Shown here: positions 28,762 to 38,254 of the stretch, one piece after another | How positions within the stretch are numbered: position 1 is the stretch's first letter | How the letters are laid out: every line of letters starts with the position of its first letter | Assembly (NCBI GenBank): GCA_021790195.1 | Contig: JAJYIF010000005.1 | Coordinates: 72,870-136,869, forward strand | DNA: 64,000 bases | Direction: 5' to 3' | Source of the DNA: Nitrospirota bacterium | GTDB lineage: Bacteria; Nitrospirota; Thermodesulfovibrionia; Thermodesulfovibrionales; UBA9159 | Notes under the pieces: model-generated | What the model saw: the letters and a program-made list of their open reading frames with translations, nothing else | Databases searched by the model: none | Told to the model about the DNA's origin: nothing | Made by a program: the position numbers and the translations under genes

Positions 28762-29931
28762 CTATTCATGGAACCTCATCGTCTTGAAACCTTCCTTGCT
28801 GCACATATACTCCCTCTGCGCCTCAATGATGTCTTCCCTCACCATCTCCCTGACAAGGTCCTTAAAGCCGGCCTTGGGTCTCCAGCCGAGCCTTGCCCTC
28901 GCCTTGGAGGAATCTCCCATAAGACTGTCCACTTCCGTAGGACGGAAATAGCGCGGATCGACCCGGACAAGCGTGTCTCCGACACGCAGACCCGAGGTTG
29001 AGGTCAAGGTTGAGGAAGACGACTTCATAACACCGCGCTCTCTGATGCCTTTCCCTTTCCCTTTCCATTCCAGTTCTATCCCCACCTCCCTGAATGCCGC
29101 ATCGCAGAAATCCCTGACGGAATACTGCTTGCCCGTGGCGATTACATAGTCGTCCGGCTTATCCTGCTGGAGCATGAGCCACATCGCCTCGACGTAGTCC
29201 CGCGCATGGCCCCAGTCTCTCTTGGCATCCAGGTTCCCCAGATACAGGTTCTTCTGAAGGCCGAGCACTATCCTAGCCACCGCCCTCGTGATCTTCCTCG
29301 TAACGAAGGTCTCGCCTCTCAGCGGCGACTCGTGATTGAAGAGTATACCGTTGCTCGCGTGGATGCCGTAGGCCTCGCGGTAATTGACAACGATCCAGAA
29401 GGCATAAAGCTTGGCCGCGCCGTAAGGACTCCTCGGATAGAAAGGTGTGGTCTCCTTCTGAGGTGTCTCCCTGACCTTCCCGTAAAGCTCGGAGGTGGAG
29501 GCCTGATAGAACCTCACCCTGCCGGTCATATTAAGGATGCGCAATGCCTCGAGAAGCCTCAGCGTTCCGAGTGCATCCGCGTTTGCCGTATACTCGGGGG
29601 TCTCGAAGGAGACGAGAACGTGCGACTGTGCCGCAAGGTTATAGATTTCGTCCGGTTGGGTCTCCTCTATGATTCGTATGATGTTCGTCGCGTCCGTCAG
29701 ATCGCCGTAGTGCAGAAAGAACCTGGGATGGCCTTCATGCGGGTCAGTGTACAGGTGATCCACCCTCTGGGTGTTAAAGAGTGAAGAGCGCCGTTTGATG
29801 CCGTGGACTATATATCCCTTATTGAGCAGAAACTCGGAAAGATATGCCCCGTCCTGGCCGGTGACGCCGGTAATCAAGGCGGTTTTTGGCGCTGGTTCCT
29901 GAGTTCTACGCGGTATATCTTTTGACGGCAT
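28762..29931 (-). CDS. gmd: GDP-mannose 4,6-dehydratase
   Basis: 389 aa. [23 protein letters not shown], then [10 protein letters not shown], then [18 protein letters not shown] Shine-Dalgarno. Confidence 0.95.
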   Translation of the reverse strand: MPSKDIPRRTQEPAPKTALITGVTGQDGAYLSEFLLNKGYIVHGIKRRSSLFNTQRVDHLYTDPHEGHPRFFLHYGDLTDATNIIRIIEETQPDEIYNLAAQSHVLVSFETPEYTANADALGTLRLLEALRILNMTGRVRFYQASTSELYGKVRETPQKETTPFYPRSPYGAAKLYAFWIVVNYREAYGIHASNGILFNHESPLRGETFVTRKITRAVARIVLGLQKNLYLGNLDAKRDWGHARDYVEAMWLMLQQDKPDDYVIATGKQYSVRDFCDAAFREVGIELEWKGKGKGIRERGVMKSSSSTLTSTSGLRVGDTLVRVDPRYFRPTEVDSLMGDSSKARARLGWRPKAGFKDLVREMVREDIIEAQREYMCSKEGFKTMRFHE

Positions 29932-29948
29932 TAATGCCTCCTCGGGAT

Positions 29949-30881
29949 TTATTGAAGGTCTTTCTTAAGAAAGTCTTCATATGTCAGCCTGAGTCCTTCC
30001 TCCAGCCCGGTCTTCGGTCTCCAGCCCATGGCCGCAAGTCGCGAACCGTCTAGCAGCTTCCGGGCTGTCCCGTCCGGCTTCGAGGGATCAAAGGCGATCT
30101 CTCCTTTGAACCCCACAATGTCTCTTATCATCCAGGCGAGCTCCTTTATCGTCACTTCATGGCCCGACCCTACGTTAATAGTATCGTTGCCGGAATAATT
30201 CCTCACCAGAAAGACGCAGGCGTCGGCCAGATCGTCCACGTAAAGGAACTCCCTGAGCGGAGAGCCGGTGCCCCAGATAGTTACAGGAGCCTCAGCCTGT
30301 TCTTTGGCTTCATGAAAGCGCCATATAAGCGCGGGAATCACATGGGCGTTCAAGGGATCGTACCTGTCATTAAGACCGTAGAGGTTCGAGGGCATGCACG
30401 AAATAAAGTTTGTCCCGTACTGGCGGTTGTAGGACTCGCAGAGTTTTATCCCTGCGATCTTTGCCACCGCGTAAGGTTCGTTGGTCGGTTCAAGTTTGCC
30501 GCCCAGGAGATACTCTTCCTTAATGGGCTGGGGCGAGTTCTTGGGATAGATGCAGGAAGAGCCGAGAAACAGCAGCTTCCTCACTCCGGTCACATGGGCG
30601 CCGTGAATGAGATTGCATTCGATGACCAGGTTCCGGTATATAAAATCCGCGGGATAGGCGCTGTTGGCATAGATGCCGCCGACCTTTGCTGCTGCAAGGA
30701 AAAGATACTCGGGCCTCTCCTTTTCGAGAAATCTGATTACAGACTCCCGGTCCATGAGGTCCAGCTCCGACGACGACGGTCCCACTATATTGACAAAACT
30801 TTCTGACCTTAGCCTCCGCTCAATGGCTGACCCCACCATGCCGCTCCGCCCGGCGATATATATCTTAGAGTCTATATCCAT
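29949..30881 (-). CDS. fcl: GDP-L-fucose synthase (GDP-4-keto-6-deoxymannose 3,5-epimerase/4-reductase)
   Basis: [14 protein letters not shown], then LGSSCIYPK, then YAVAKIAG. The track start at 30890 is a TTG; the ATG at 30881 ([11 protein letters not shown]) fits the family better. Confidence 0.92.
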   Translation of the reverse strand: MDIDSKIYIAGRSGMVGSAIERRLRSESFVNIVGPSSSELDLMDRESVIRFLEKERPEYLFLAAAKVGGIYANSAYPADFIYRNLVIECNLIHGAHVTGVRKLLFLGSSCIYPKNSPQPIKEEYLLGGKLEPTNEPYAVAKIAGIKLCESYNRQYGTNFISCMPSNLYGLNDRYDPLNAHVIPALIWRFHEAKEQAEAPVTIWGTGSPLREFLYVDDLADACVFLVRNYSGNDTINVGSGHEVTIKELAWMIRDIVGFKGEIAFDPSKPDGTARKLLDGSRLAAMGWRPKTGLEEGLRLTYEDFLKKDLQ

Positions 30882-30892
30882 CCAGTTCAAAA

Positions 30893-31088
30893 GAGGTCAA
30901 ATAGTTCCAAGGTCAAGTAATTCAAAAAATCCCACGTCAAACACCTTGTTTAACCTTCTTTCCCTTCTTCACCTTATTAACCTTATTTACCATTCTTGAC
31001 CTACTTTTTTGACCTTATTGACCTTCTTATTTTTGCTTCTGTTAACCTTCTTAGCCTGTTTGAACTTCTTAACCTTATTAACCTTACC
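30893..31088. repeat. GGTCAA/TTGACC (GGTTAA/TTAACC) palindromic array spanning the fcl-manC gap and the manC 3' end
   Basis: ggtcaa at 30895 and 30911. These are followed by about 10 inverted units (ttaacc, ttgacc, tgaac) from 30950 to 31088 at 9-15 nt spacing. Confidence 0.8.
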
Positions 31089-32546
31089 CTTTCGCTGCTT
31101 TTCGTGTCTCCCGTAGACATCGTCCATTCTCACTATGTCGTCCTCTCCCACATACTCGCCGTTCTGGACCTCTATTATCTCAAGGGGGATCTTGCCGGGG
31201 TTTTCGAGCCTGTGAGGCGTGGACTTCGGGACATAGGCGGATTCATTCTCGTGTATAAAGACTTCCCGGTCCCCGATCATCACCTTTGCGGTCCCCTTCA
31301 CGACTACCCAGTGCTCGGACCTGTGATAATGCACCTGGAAGCTGAGCTTCTCGCAAGGGTTTACGACAATCCTCTTGATCTTGTACCTCGCCCCCTCTTC
31401 GAGCACCGTATAGCTCCCCCAAGGACGGTAAGTAGTCAGGTGCTCGGAAACCTCTTTCCTGCCCTCTTTCCTGAGCCTGCCCACTACCTCCCTCACCTTC
31501 TGCGCCTCTCCCCGCTTCGCCACAAGGACGGCGTCGTCAGTCTCAACAATCAGGCAGTCTTCGAGTCCTATAGTAGTTATCAATCTCTTGTCCGAGATTA
31601 TCATGGTGTCCCTTGTGTCCACAGTAATGACGTCCCCGCACCTTGCGTTCGAGTTGCCGTCCTTTTCGAGCACATCGAAGAGAGAATCCCAGGACCCTAT
31701 ATCGTTCCAGTAGAGATCCATCGGGAGCGTAACGACCCTGCCTGACTTCTCCATAACCGCATAATCTATAGATATGTCGGGCATGTCTTCAAAGACCGCG
31801 GTCATCTCTTCGAAGGAGAGGTCGAGCATACGGTTAATCCTCGGCTCATGCTGCCCGAATTCGTCAAGTATAGTTCCTAGCGAAAACATAAACATCCCTG
31901 AATTCCAGAGATACATTCCCTCCTTAAGATAGCGTCCGGCCGTAGCGGCATCTGGTTTTTCGGTGAAGGCCTCGACGCTATAGAAGCCCCCTGCTTCCTG
32001 TTTCCCGCTAGCCTTTATATATCCGTAACCGGTCTCCGGCCCCGAAGGCCTGATCCCGAAGGTGACGATATGACCGTCTTTTGCGATCTCCTCTGCACGG
32101 AGGAGATACTCTCTGAACCTGTCCGCAGGCCTGATTACATGGTCCGAGGGCGACACAAAGACCACCTCGTCCCTCCCGCAGCCCAACCTCTCGATACAAT
32201 ACTTGGCCCCTAGGGCTATCGCGGGCGCCGTGTTTCTGCCGCAAGGCTCGAGTATCAGATGAAAAGGCAGGGCATCCGATGAGTTAGTGTTGAGGGTCCT
32301 GCGCTTAGAAGAACCATGAGCCGAACCGGCAAAGACCGGAGCGAGATCGGTCTTGACATGGAACTTGTAGTCGTCGTTAGTCATAACTACAATGTTTTCG
32401 GGGGCGACCACCCCGTCCAGTCTTTCGGCAGTCTGCCGAAGAAGAGACCTCTCACCGTTAAGCTTCAAGAACTGTTTTGGAAAGTTCCTCCTCGAGAGGG
32501 GCCAGAGCCTCGTGCCCGAACCGCCGGCAAGAATAAGCGCCTTCAT
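30987..32546 (-). CDS. manC: mannose-1-phosphate guanylyltransferase / mannose-6-phosphate isomerase (type II PMI-GMP) with a polybasic C-terminal tail
   Basis: MKALILAGGSGTRLWPLSR, then EPCGRNTAPAIALGA, then a cupin region HYHRSEHWVVVKGTA, then GEDDIVRMDDVYGR. The last ~35 aa (KGKVNKVKKFKQAKKVN...) are encoded by the repeat array. Confidence 0.92.
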   Translation of the reverse strand: MKALILAGGSGTRLWPLSRRNFPKQFLKLNGERSLLRQTAERLDGVVAPENIVVMTNDDYKFHVKTDLAPVFAGSAHGSSKRRTLNTNSSDALPFHLILEPCGRNTAPAIALGAKYCIERLGCGRDEVVFVSPSDHVIRPADRFREYLLRAEEIAKDGHIVTFGIRPSGPETGYGYIKASGKQEAGGFYSVEAFTEKPDAATAGRYLKEGMYLWNSGMFMFSLGTILDEFGQHEPRINRMLDLSFEEMTAVFEDMPDISIDYAVMEKSGRVVTLPMDLYWNDIGSWDSLFDVLEKDGNSNARCGDVITVDTRDTMIISDKRLITTIGLEDCLIVETDDAVLVAKRGEAQKVREVVGRLRKEGRKEVSEHLTTYRPWGSYTVLEEGARYKIKRIVVNPCEKLSFQVHYHRSEHWVVVKGTAKVMIGDREVFIHENESAYVPKSTPHRLENPGKIPLEIIEVQNGEYVGEDDIVRMDDVYGRHEKQRKGKVNKVKKFKQAKKVNRSKNKKVNKVKKVGQEW

Positions 32547-33958
32547 GCAGCGCCTCCTTCGATAGTCTTCCTTAGTTCGTCTTCCACAAAGGACTTATAG
32601 TCCTCGAGGCTCTCTTCGTCGAGGGCCTCTACCCTCACGACAATAACAGGCTGCGTATTACTCGACCTTACGAGGGCCCAGCCCTTTTCAAACCTGACCC
32701 TGACACCGTCCGTCACGTTCAGGTCCTCTATTTTGCGGGGACCGCCCACCGCCTTATATCCGCGAAAGTTCTCTACGACCTCTCCGACTATCTCCTTCTT
32801 CCTGTCCTCGGAGCACTCGATCCTTATTTCCGGCGTCGAACACATCTGGGGAACGTCCGAGAGGAGCTCCACGAGGTCCTTTCCTGTCTCCTTCATTATC
32901 CCGATCAATCTGAGTCCCGCATAAACAGCGTCGTCGTAACCGAAATATCTGTCGCCCACAAAGATGTGGCCGCTGAACTCTCCCGCCAAGATAGCGCCTT
33001 CGTCCCTCATCTTCTGCTTTATCAGAGAGTGACCGGTCTTCCACATTATAGGTATGCCGCCGCACCGTCCGATTGCGTCGAACATGGTCTGCGAACACTT
33101 CACGTCGCCTATGATCTTTGCGCCGGGCCTTTGCCTTAATACCTCGCGGGAAAGCACTATCATAAGACGGTCGCCCCACACAATATCTCCGCTCCCGTTC
33201 ACAAGGCCTATCCTGTCGGCGTCTCCATCATACCCGATACCCACGTCCGCTTTCCACCTTTTTGTTTCTGAGATCAGGTCCCTCATGTTTTCTATAACAG
33301 TCGGGTCCGGGTGGTGGTTCGGAAAATTGCCGTCGGGCTCGCAATAAAGACGGACCACTTCGCAATTGATGTCCTCAAACAGTTCGGGCGCAATGAGACC
33401 CGCGGTGCCGTTTCCTGCATCCACAACCACCGTAAGCCTCCTGAAGCGGCCGCCTCCCAAATAGGAGAATTCTTTCATCATGTAGTCCCTGTAAGCCTTA
33501 AGGATTTCATAGCCGTCGACTCTTCCTTTCCCGACGTGTCCGGCGCCCTCCCGGCTCAGAATGATTTCCTTAAGCTTCTGTATGTCGCTTCCATGGATCG
33601 TCTCCTTTCCGAGACTTATCTTGAAGCCGTTATATTCGGGCGGATTGTGGCTCCCTGTGACCATGACCCCTCCGTCGAGGTCGAGATGAAAGAGAGAAAA
33701 ATATTGAACTGGAGTCGTACAGACCCCGAGGTCGAAGACATCGAGCCCCGTAGACACAATGCCTTCAATGAGACCGGAGGCAAGCTTCGCAGACCCGTTT
33801 CTGACGTCCCTTCCGACGCTCAGGCATATGGCGTCCGGCCTCACTCTCTTAACAAAAATACCGAAGGCCCTGCCGATGGAGAAAGCGACTCCCCTGTCCA
33901 GGTCCTCTCCCACTATGCCCCGTATATCGTATTCCCTGAAGATCCTATGGTTTATCAT
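32543..33958 (-). CDS. manB: phosphomannomutase/phosphoglucomutase
   Basis: 471 aa. FREYDIRGIVGEDL, the active-site loop VMVTGSHNPPEYNGFK, and GYDGDADR. Confidence 0.92.
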   Translation of the reverse strand: MINHRIFREYDIRGIVGEDLDRGVAFSIGRAFGIFVKRVRPDAICLSVGRDVRNGSAKLASGLIEGIVSTGLDVFDLGVCTTPVQYFSLFHLDLDGGVMVTGSHNPPEYNGFKISLGKETIHGSDIQKLKEIILSREGAGHVGKGRVDGYEILKAYRDYMMKEFSYLGGGRFRRLTVVVDAGNGTAGLIAPELFEDINCEVVRLYCEPDGNFPNHHPDPTVIENMRDLISETKRWKADVGIGYDGDADRIGLVNGSGDIVWGDRLMIVLSREVLRQRPGAKIIGDVKCSQTMFDAIGRCGGIPIMWKTGHSLIKQKMRDEGAILAGEFSGHIFVGDRYFGYDDAVYAGLRLIGIMKETGKDLVELLSDVPQMCSTPEIRIECSEDRKKEIVGEVVENFRGYKAVGGPRKIEDLNVTDGVRVRFEKGWALVRSSNTQPVIVVRVEALDEESLEDYKSFVEDELRKTIEGGAA

Positions 33959-34283
33959 ATCCGTGGAACCCCGCTCCCGTTTCCTGCCTGAGGACCTCGA
34001 TCTCGCACCTGAGCCTGTCGAATTCTTCGAGTTTTATCTGAAGGAAGTTGTAGCTCTGTACGATCTTCGCGCTGACGCCTTTGGCTGTCAGGACATACAT
34101 ATACGCAATCTTATTCTTTGAATTCTTGAACCTGTTGGCCTTTATGTAGCCCTCTTCGAGAAGGGCATTGACGACATAGTTCACCCTGCCGAGACTCAGA
34201 CCCATCCTTTTCGAAAGATCCCGCTGTGAAAGGGTCCCGTCCCGCGCTAATTCACGGAGGACATTAAATCGGTTCTCGTCCAT
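33945..34283 (-). CDS. MarR-family, EPS-associated winged-helix transcriptional regulator
   Basis: 112 aa. LRELARDGTLSQRDLSKRMGLSLGRVNYVVNALLEEGYIK ... YVLTAKG matches the small MarR-EPS family pattern as I recall it. Confidence 0.78.
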   Translation of the reverse strand: MDENRFNVLRELARDGTLSQRDLSKRMGLSLGRVNYVVNALLEEGYIKANRFKNSKNKIAYMYVLTAKGVSAKIVQSYNFLQIKLEEFDRLRCEIEVLRQETGAGFHGYDKP

Positions 34284-34289
34284 CTTAAT

Positions 34290-34600
34290 AAAGGTGAAAG
34301 GTGAAAAAGGTCGAACAGCTTAACCATATTATCATTCATAAAACATGGGCAGGTGCGGCGCAAAACTTTTTTGTTTCGACACCTTAATGTAAATCTCCAA
34401 TAGGCGCTTTGATACGCGTTGCCACAGTCGATTCGTTAATCTCGGATTCTCGATCATGATATCTCGTCGATTTCAAAAAAGTTTTGAGACGTGTCTGCCC
34501 GTCATGCGCAGCAAAGTTCATGAATAATCCAGGTTAAGCAGGTCAACAAGGTTAAAAGCGAAGAAGTCAAAAATCGATAAGTTCAAACAGGTCAAAAAAC
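34290..34600. repeat. composite palindromic (MITE-like) element inside the operon leader
   Basis: Contents, left to right: GGTGAA/GGTCGA units (34290-34325); a left arm with caaaacttttttg (34361-34373); a right arm with its perfect complement caaaaaagttttg (34474-34486) plus catgggcag versus ctgcccgtcatg; then a GGTYAA array (34531-34600). Positions 34436-34535 are repeated at 42711-42807. Confidence 0.7.
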
Positions 34601-34646
34601 AATCTGAAATCAAGAGATGGAACCTGGAACTTTTTTAACTTTTAGA

Positions 34647-34658
34647 CAGGCTACCGCC
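34647..34658 (-). promoter_or_regulatory. ops-like (RfaH/NusG-paralog recruitment) element GGCGGTAGCCTG
   Basis: The plus strand reads caggctaccgcc, so the operon (non-template) strand reads GGCGGTAGCCTG. This matches the ops core GGCGGTAG plus the downstream TG. Confidence 0.55.
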
Positions 34659-34716
34659 GCGTCTTGCCGGAAGGCTGCAAAAATAAAAAGAAATCCGTGC
34701 GTTCAGGCACTGAACT

Positions 34717-34746
34717 AATATAGAACTAACCGGGGTAAAAGGTCAA
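34717..34746 (-). promoter_or_regulatory. candidate sigma70-type promoter for the glycan operon leader
   Basis: The minus strand reads TTGACC (34746-34741), an 18-nt spacer, then TATATT (34722-34717). It lies about 55 nt upstream of the ops-like motif. Confidence 0.4.
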
Positions 34747-34796
34747 GAAGAAATAGTAATAATGATATCCGGGGAGGAAAAAGGAGATGTGCTCTG

Positions 34797-35279
34797 CTAT
34801 ACCTTCTTTATCGATCTGATCTCTATCTCCAGCTTGCAGTGCAGAGCTTCCAGGAGGATCATCGACCGCTTCTTTCCGGGGACATTCCTGTCGAAAACAC
34901 CGTAGAAATCTTTAAAGGGGCCCTCCTTTATCAGGACCCTGTCCCCCTTTTCAAGGTCTTCAGGGGTCTGAACGACTATGTCGCCATCCATCCTTTCCCT
35001 TATGGCGCCTATTATCTCAGGGTGGACAGCCAGAGGGTTTTCCCTGCCGACGATGTATTTGACCCCGCGCGTATAACTGATCATGTGGCTGTGTTTCTCT
35101 TTGTCGAAGAGGGCAAAGATATAACAGGGGAAAAGCTGCTCCACGACATCGCAATACTTATTGCGCAGGCGCTTCAGAATCCTTATCTTCGGATTGAGCG
35201 TCTCGATCCCTGCGTTGTTGAGCATGCGGACCGTGCTGTCTTCGCACTTCGGCTTTGTGTATATCGCGTACCAGTTCAT
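34797..35279 (-). CDS. specialised NusG paralog (RfaH/UpxY/LoaP-like; NGN + KOW)
   Basis: MNWYAIYTKPKCEDSTVRMLNNAGIE is an NGN-type N-terminus and GDRVLIKEGPFKDFYGVFD is a KOW motif. The track start at 35297 is a TTG inside a repeat; I prefer the ATG at 35279. Confidence 0.85.
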   Translation of the reverse strand: MNWYAIYTKPKCEDSTVRMLNNAGIETLNPKIRILKRLRNKYCDVVEQLFPCYIFALFDKEKHSHMISYTRGVKYIVGRENPLAVHPEIIGAIRERMDGDIVVQTPEDLEKGDRVLIKEGPFKDFYGVFDRNVPGKKRSMILLEALHCKLEIEIRSIKKV

Positions 35280-35287
35280 ATCTATGT

Positions 35288-35364
35288 GCAAGGTCAAAAA
35301 GCTCCAAGGTCAAAAAGCTCAGATTACTCTTTGACCTCCCTATCCTATTTGACCTTCTTAACCT

Positions 35365-35366
<2 letters not shown>
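35288..35366. repeat. GGTCAA/TTGACC palindromic array (type copy) between galE and the NusG paralog
   Basis: Tandem caaggtcaaaaagctc x2 (35289-35320), followed by the inverted units tttgacc (35329), tttgacc (35348) and ttaacc (35359). Confidence 0.85.
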
Positions 35367-36390
<1,024 letters not shown>

Positions 36391-36444
36391 TTACCTCAGC
36401 GCTCCCTTTTTTTCTTCCGATGACCATGAAGTGCCGAACCTGCC

Positions 36445-36474
36445 TTGACTTTTCCGTCCCGTTTGAGATTAAAT
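36445..36474 (+). promoter_or_regulatory. candidate promoter for rplU-rpmA
   Basis: TTGACT (36445-36450), an 18-nt spacer, then TTAAAT (36469-36474). Only a moderate match. Confidence 0.3.
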
Positions 36475-36496
36475 ATTTGTCTCGGAGGTGACCGTA

Positions 36497-36814
36497 ATGT
36501 ATGCTATAGTTGAAGCGAAAGGAAAACAGTATAAAGTTTCCTCGGGAGACGTCATCAAGGTTGAAAAGCTGGCGTCTGAACCGGGGGCCGTTATAGATTT
36601 TGAAAAAGTCCTTGCAGTTGTAGACGATGCAAAAACCGTGCTGGGGACTCCCTACGTCAAAGGCGCACAAGTCAAGGCCGAGGTAGTAGGTTCCGGGAAA
36701 GACAGCAAGGTTCTCGTATATAAGAAGAGGCCGAGAAGGGTATATGAAAAGCTGAGGGGACACAGACAGCCCTTCACCACCCTGAAGATCAAAGAAGTGA
36801 ATTTCGGAGGTTAG
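36497..36814 (+). CDS. rplU: 50S ribosomal protein L21
   Basis: [25 protein letters not shown]. An ATG at 36497 is preferred over the track GTG at 36488. Confidence 0.95.
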   Translation: MYAIVEAKGKQYKVSSGDVIKVEKLASEPGAVIDFEKVLAVVDDAKTVLGTPYVKGAQVKAEVVGSGKDSKVLVYKKRPRRVYEKLRGHRQPFTTLKIKEVNFGG

Positions 36815-36816
36815 AT

Positions 36817-37092
36817 ATGGCACATAAAAAAGGAGTTGGCAGTTCGAGGAACGGTCGCGACAGCGAAGCGCAGCGGCTCGGCGTAAAGAGGTTCGGCGGT
36901 CAGATTGTGCGGGCGGGGAATATCCTCGTAAGGCAGAGAGGCACCAGATTTCATCCCGGCAACAATGTGGGCAAAGGCAAGGACGACACCCTCTTTGCCC
37001 TGATCGACGGGAAAGTCGCCTTTGAGCGAAAGGACAGGGATCGCCTCAAGATCAGCGTATATCCTCTCCCCGGGCCGGCTGTAACAGGCTAA
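36817..37092 (+). CDS. rpmA: 50S ribosomal protein L27
   Basis: [29 protein letters not shown]. There is no N-terminal propeptide and no intervening Prp gene. Confidence 0.96.
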   Translation: MAHKKGVGSSRNGRDSEAQRLGVKRFGGQIVRAGNILVRQRGTRFHPGNNVGKGKDDTLFALIDGKVAFERKDRDRLKISVYPLPGPAVTG

Positions 37093-37115
37093 CAGAATCA
37101 TTCCCATAGGATTTC

Positions 37116-37145
37116 GAAAGGCGGTGAAAACCGCCTTTTTTGTTT
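37116..37145 (+). terminator. rho-independent terminator after rpmA
   Basis: Stem ggcgg (37120-37124), loop tgaaaa, stem ccgcc (37131-37135), then the run ttttttgttt. Flanking A and T runs extend the stem. Confidence 0.7.
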
Positions 37146-37252
37146 ATATGCTTTCTCGAAGAATGCGGGAAGATAAGAAAGGAAGATGAAATCGCGCCGA
37201 TTTCTTTATGCAACCGCATGGTTAATCGTCGTTTGCAAATAAGGGAGCTCTG

Positions 37253-38254
37253 ATGCAATTTGTCGACTACGTGAAGATCCGCGTGAAGGCCGGCGACGGC
37301 GGAAGGGGCTGCGTTAGCTTCCGGAGGGAGAAGTATGTCCCCAGGGGCGGTCCCAACGGAGGAGACGGAGGCAGGGGCGGCCACATTATAATGAGGGCGG
37401 ACAGGCAGCTCAATACCCTTCTCGATCTGCGGTATCACCATTACTACAAGGCAAAGAGGGGAGAGCACGGCAAAGGCAAGGATATGCACGGCAGAGACGG
37501 AGACGACCTCATCATTCCGGTCCCGGCCGGAACGACGGTGAAAGACGAGGAGACAGGCGAACTACTTGCCGACCTCGATGCCGAAGGCAAGGAGGTAATT
37601 GCGGCGAGGGGCGGAAAGGGAGGTCTCGGCAACGCCCATTTCGCCACTCCCACAAGGCGGGCCCCGGATTTTGCGCAGCCGGGCAGGGAGGGCGAGGAGA
37701 GGTCGCTCGTAATCGAGCTGAAGCTCCTCGCGGATGTCGGCCTGATCGGACTGCCAAACGCAGGGAAGTCCACTCTTATTTCGGTCATATCTGCGGCCAG
37801 GCCCAAGATCGCTGACTACCCTTTCACGACACTCGAACCTAATCTCGGGGTAGTGAAACTCGAAGATTTCAGGAGCTTCGTTATCGCGGACATCCCCGGA
37901 CTTATAGAAGGCGCACATGCCGGCGCTGGTCTCGGTTTCCAGTTTCTCAGGCACGTGGAACGCACCTCCTTGCTCCTGCATCTAGTCGACGTGTCGGAGC
38001 TTTCTCCCGGAGACCCCGTGGACAACCTGAAGAAGATAAACAGAGAGCTCGAACTCTACAGCGAGGCCCTCACCGGAAAGCCGCAGGTGGTAGTCGCCAC
38101 AAAAATCGACGCCGCGGACAAGACCAAGCTTGACAGACTCTCGGATTATTGCAAGAATACCGAAACCGATTTCCTGGCCGTCTCAGCGGTGACCGGGAAG
38201 GGAGTAAGGGGACTACTAAGGCACCTTGCACTGAGGATAGACAAATTGAGATGA
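37253..38254 (+). CDS. obg: GTPase Obg/CgtA
   Basis: MQFVDYVKIRVKAGDGGRGCVSFRREKYVPRGGPNGGDGGRGG, then the G1 motif GLPNAGKST. Confidence 0.96.
   Translation: MQFVDYVKIRVKAGDGGRGCVSFRREKYVPRGGPNGGDGGRGGHIIMRADRQLNTLLDLRYHHYYKAKRGEHGKGKDMHGRDGDDLIIPVPAGTTVKDEETGELLADLDAEGKEVIAARGGKGGLGNAHFATPTRRAPDFAQPGREGEERSLVIELKLLADVGLIGLPNAGKSTLISVISAARPKIADYPFTTLEPNLGVVKLEDFRSFVIADIPGLIEGAHAGAGLGFQFLRHVERTSLLLHLVDVSELSPGDPVDNLKKINRELELYSEALTGKPQVVVATKIDAADKTKLDRLSDYCKNTETDFLAVSAVTGKGVRGLLRHLALRIDKLR

Noticed and set aside
28990-29070. Apparent insertion and GKGKG micro-repeat (ggaaagggaaagggaaagg) in gmd
   Set aside because: Compared with my memory of E. coli Gmd, this segment corresponds to the normal variable loop preceding the conserved [11 protein letters not shown]. 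The short repeat is coding and in frame, so nothing is anomalous.
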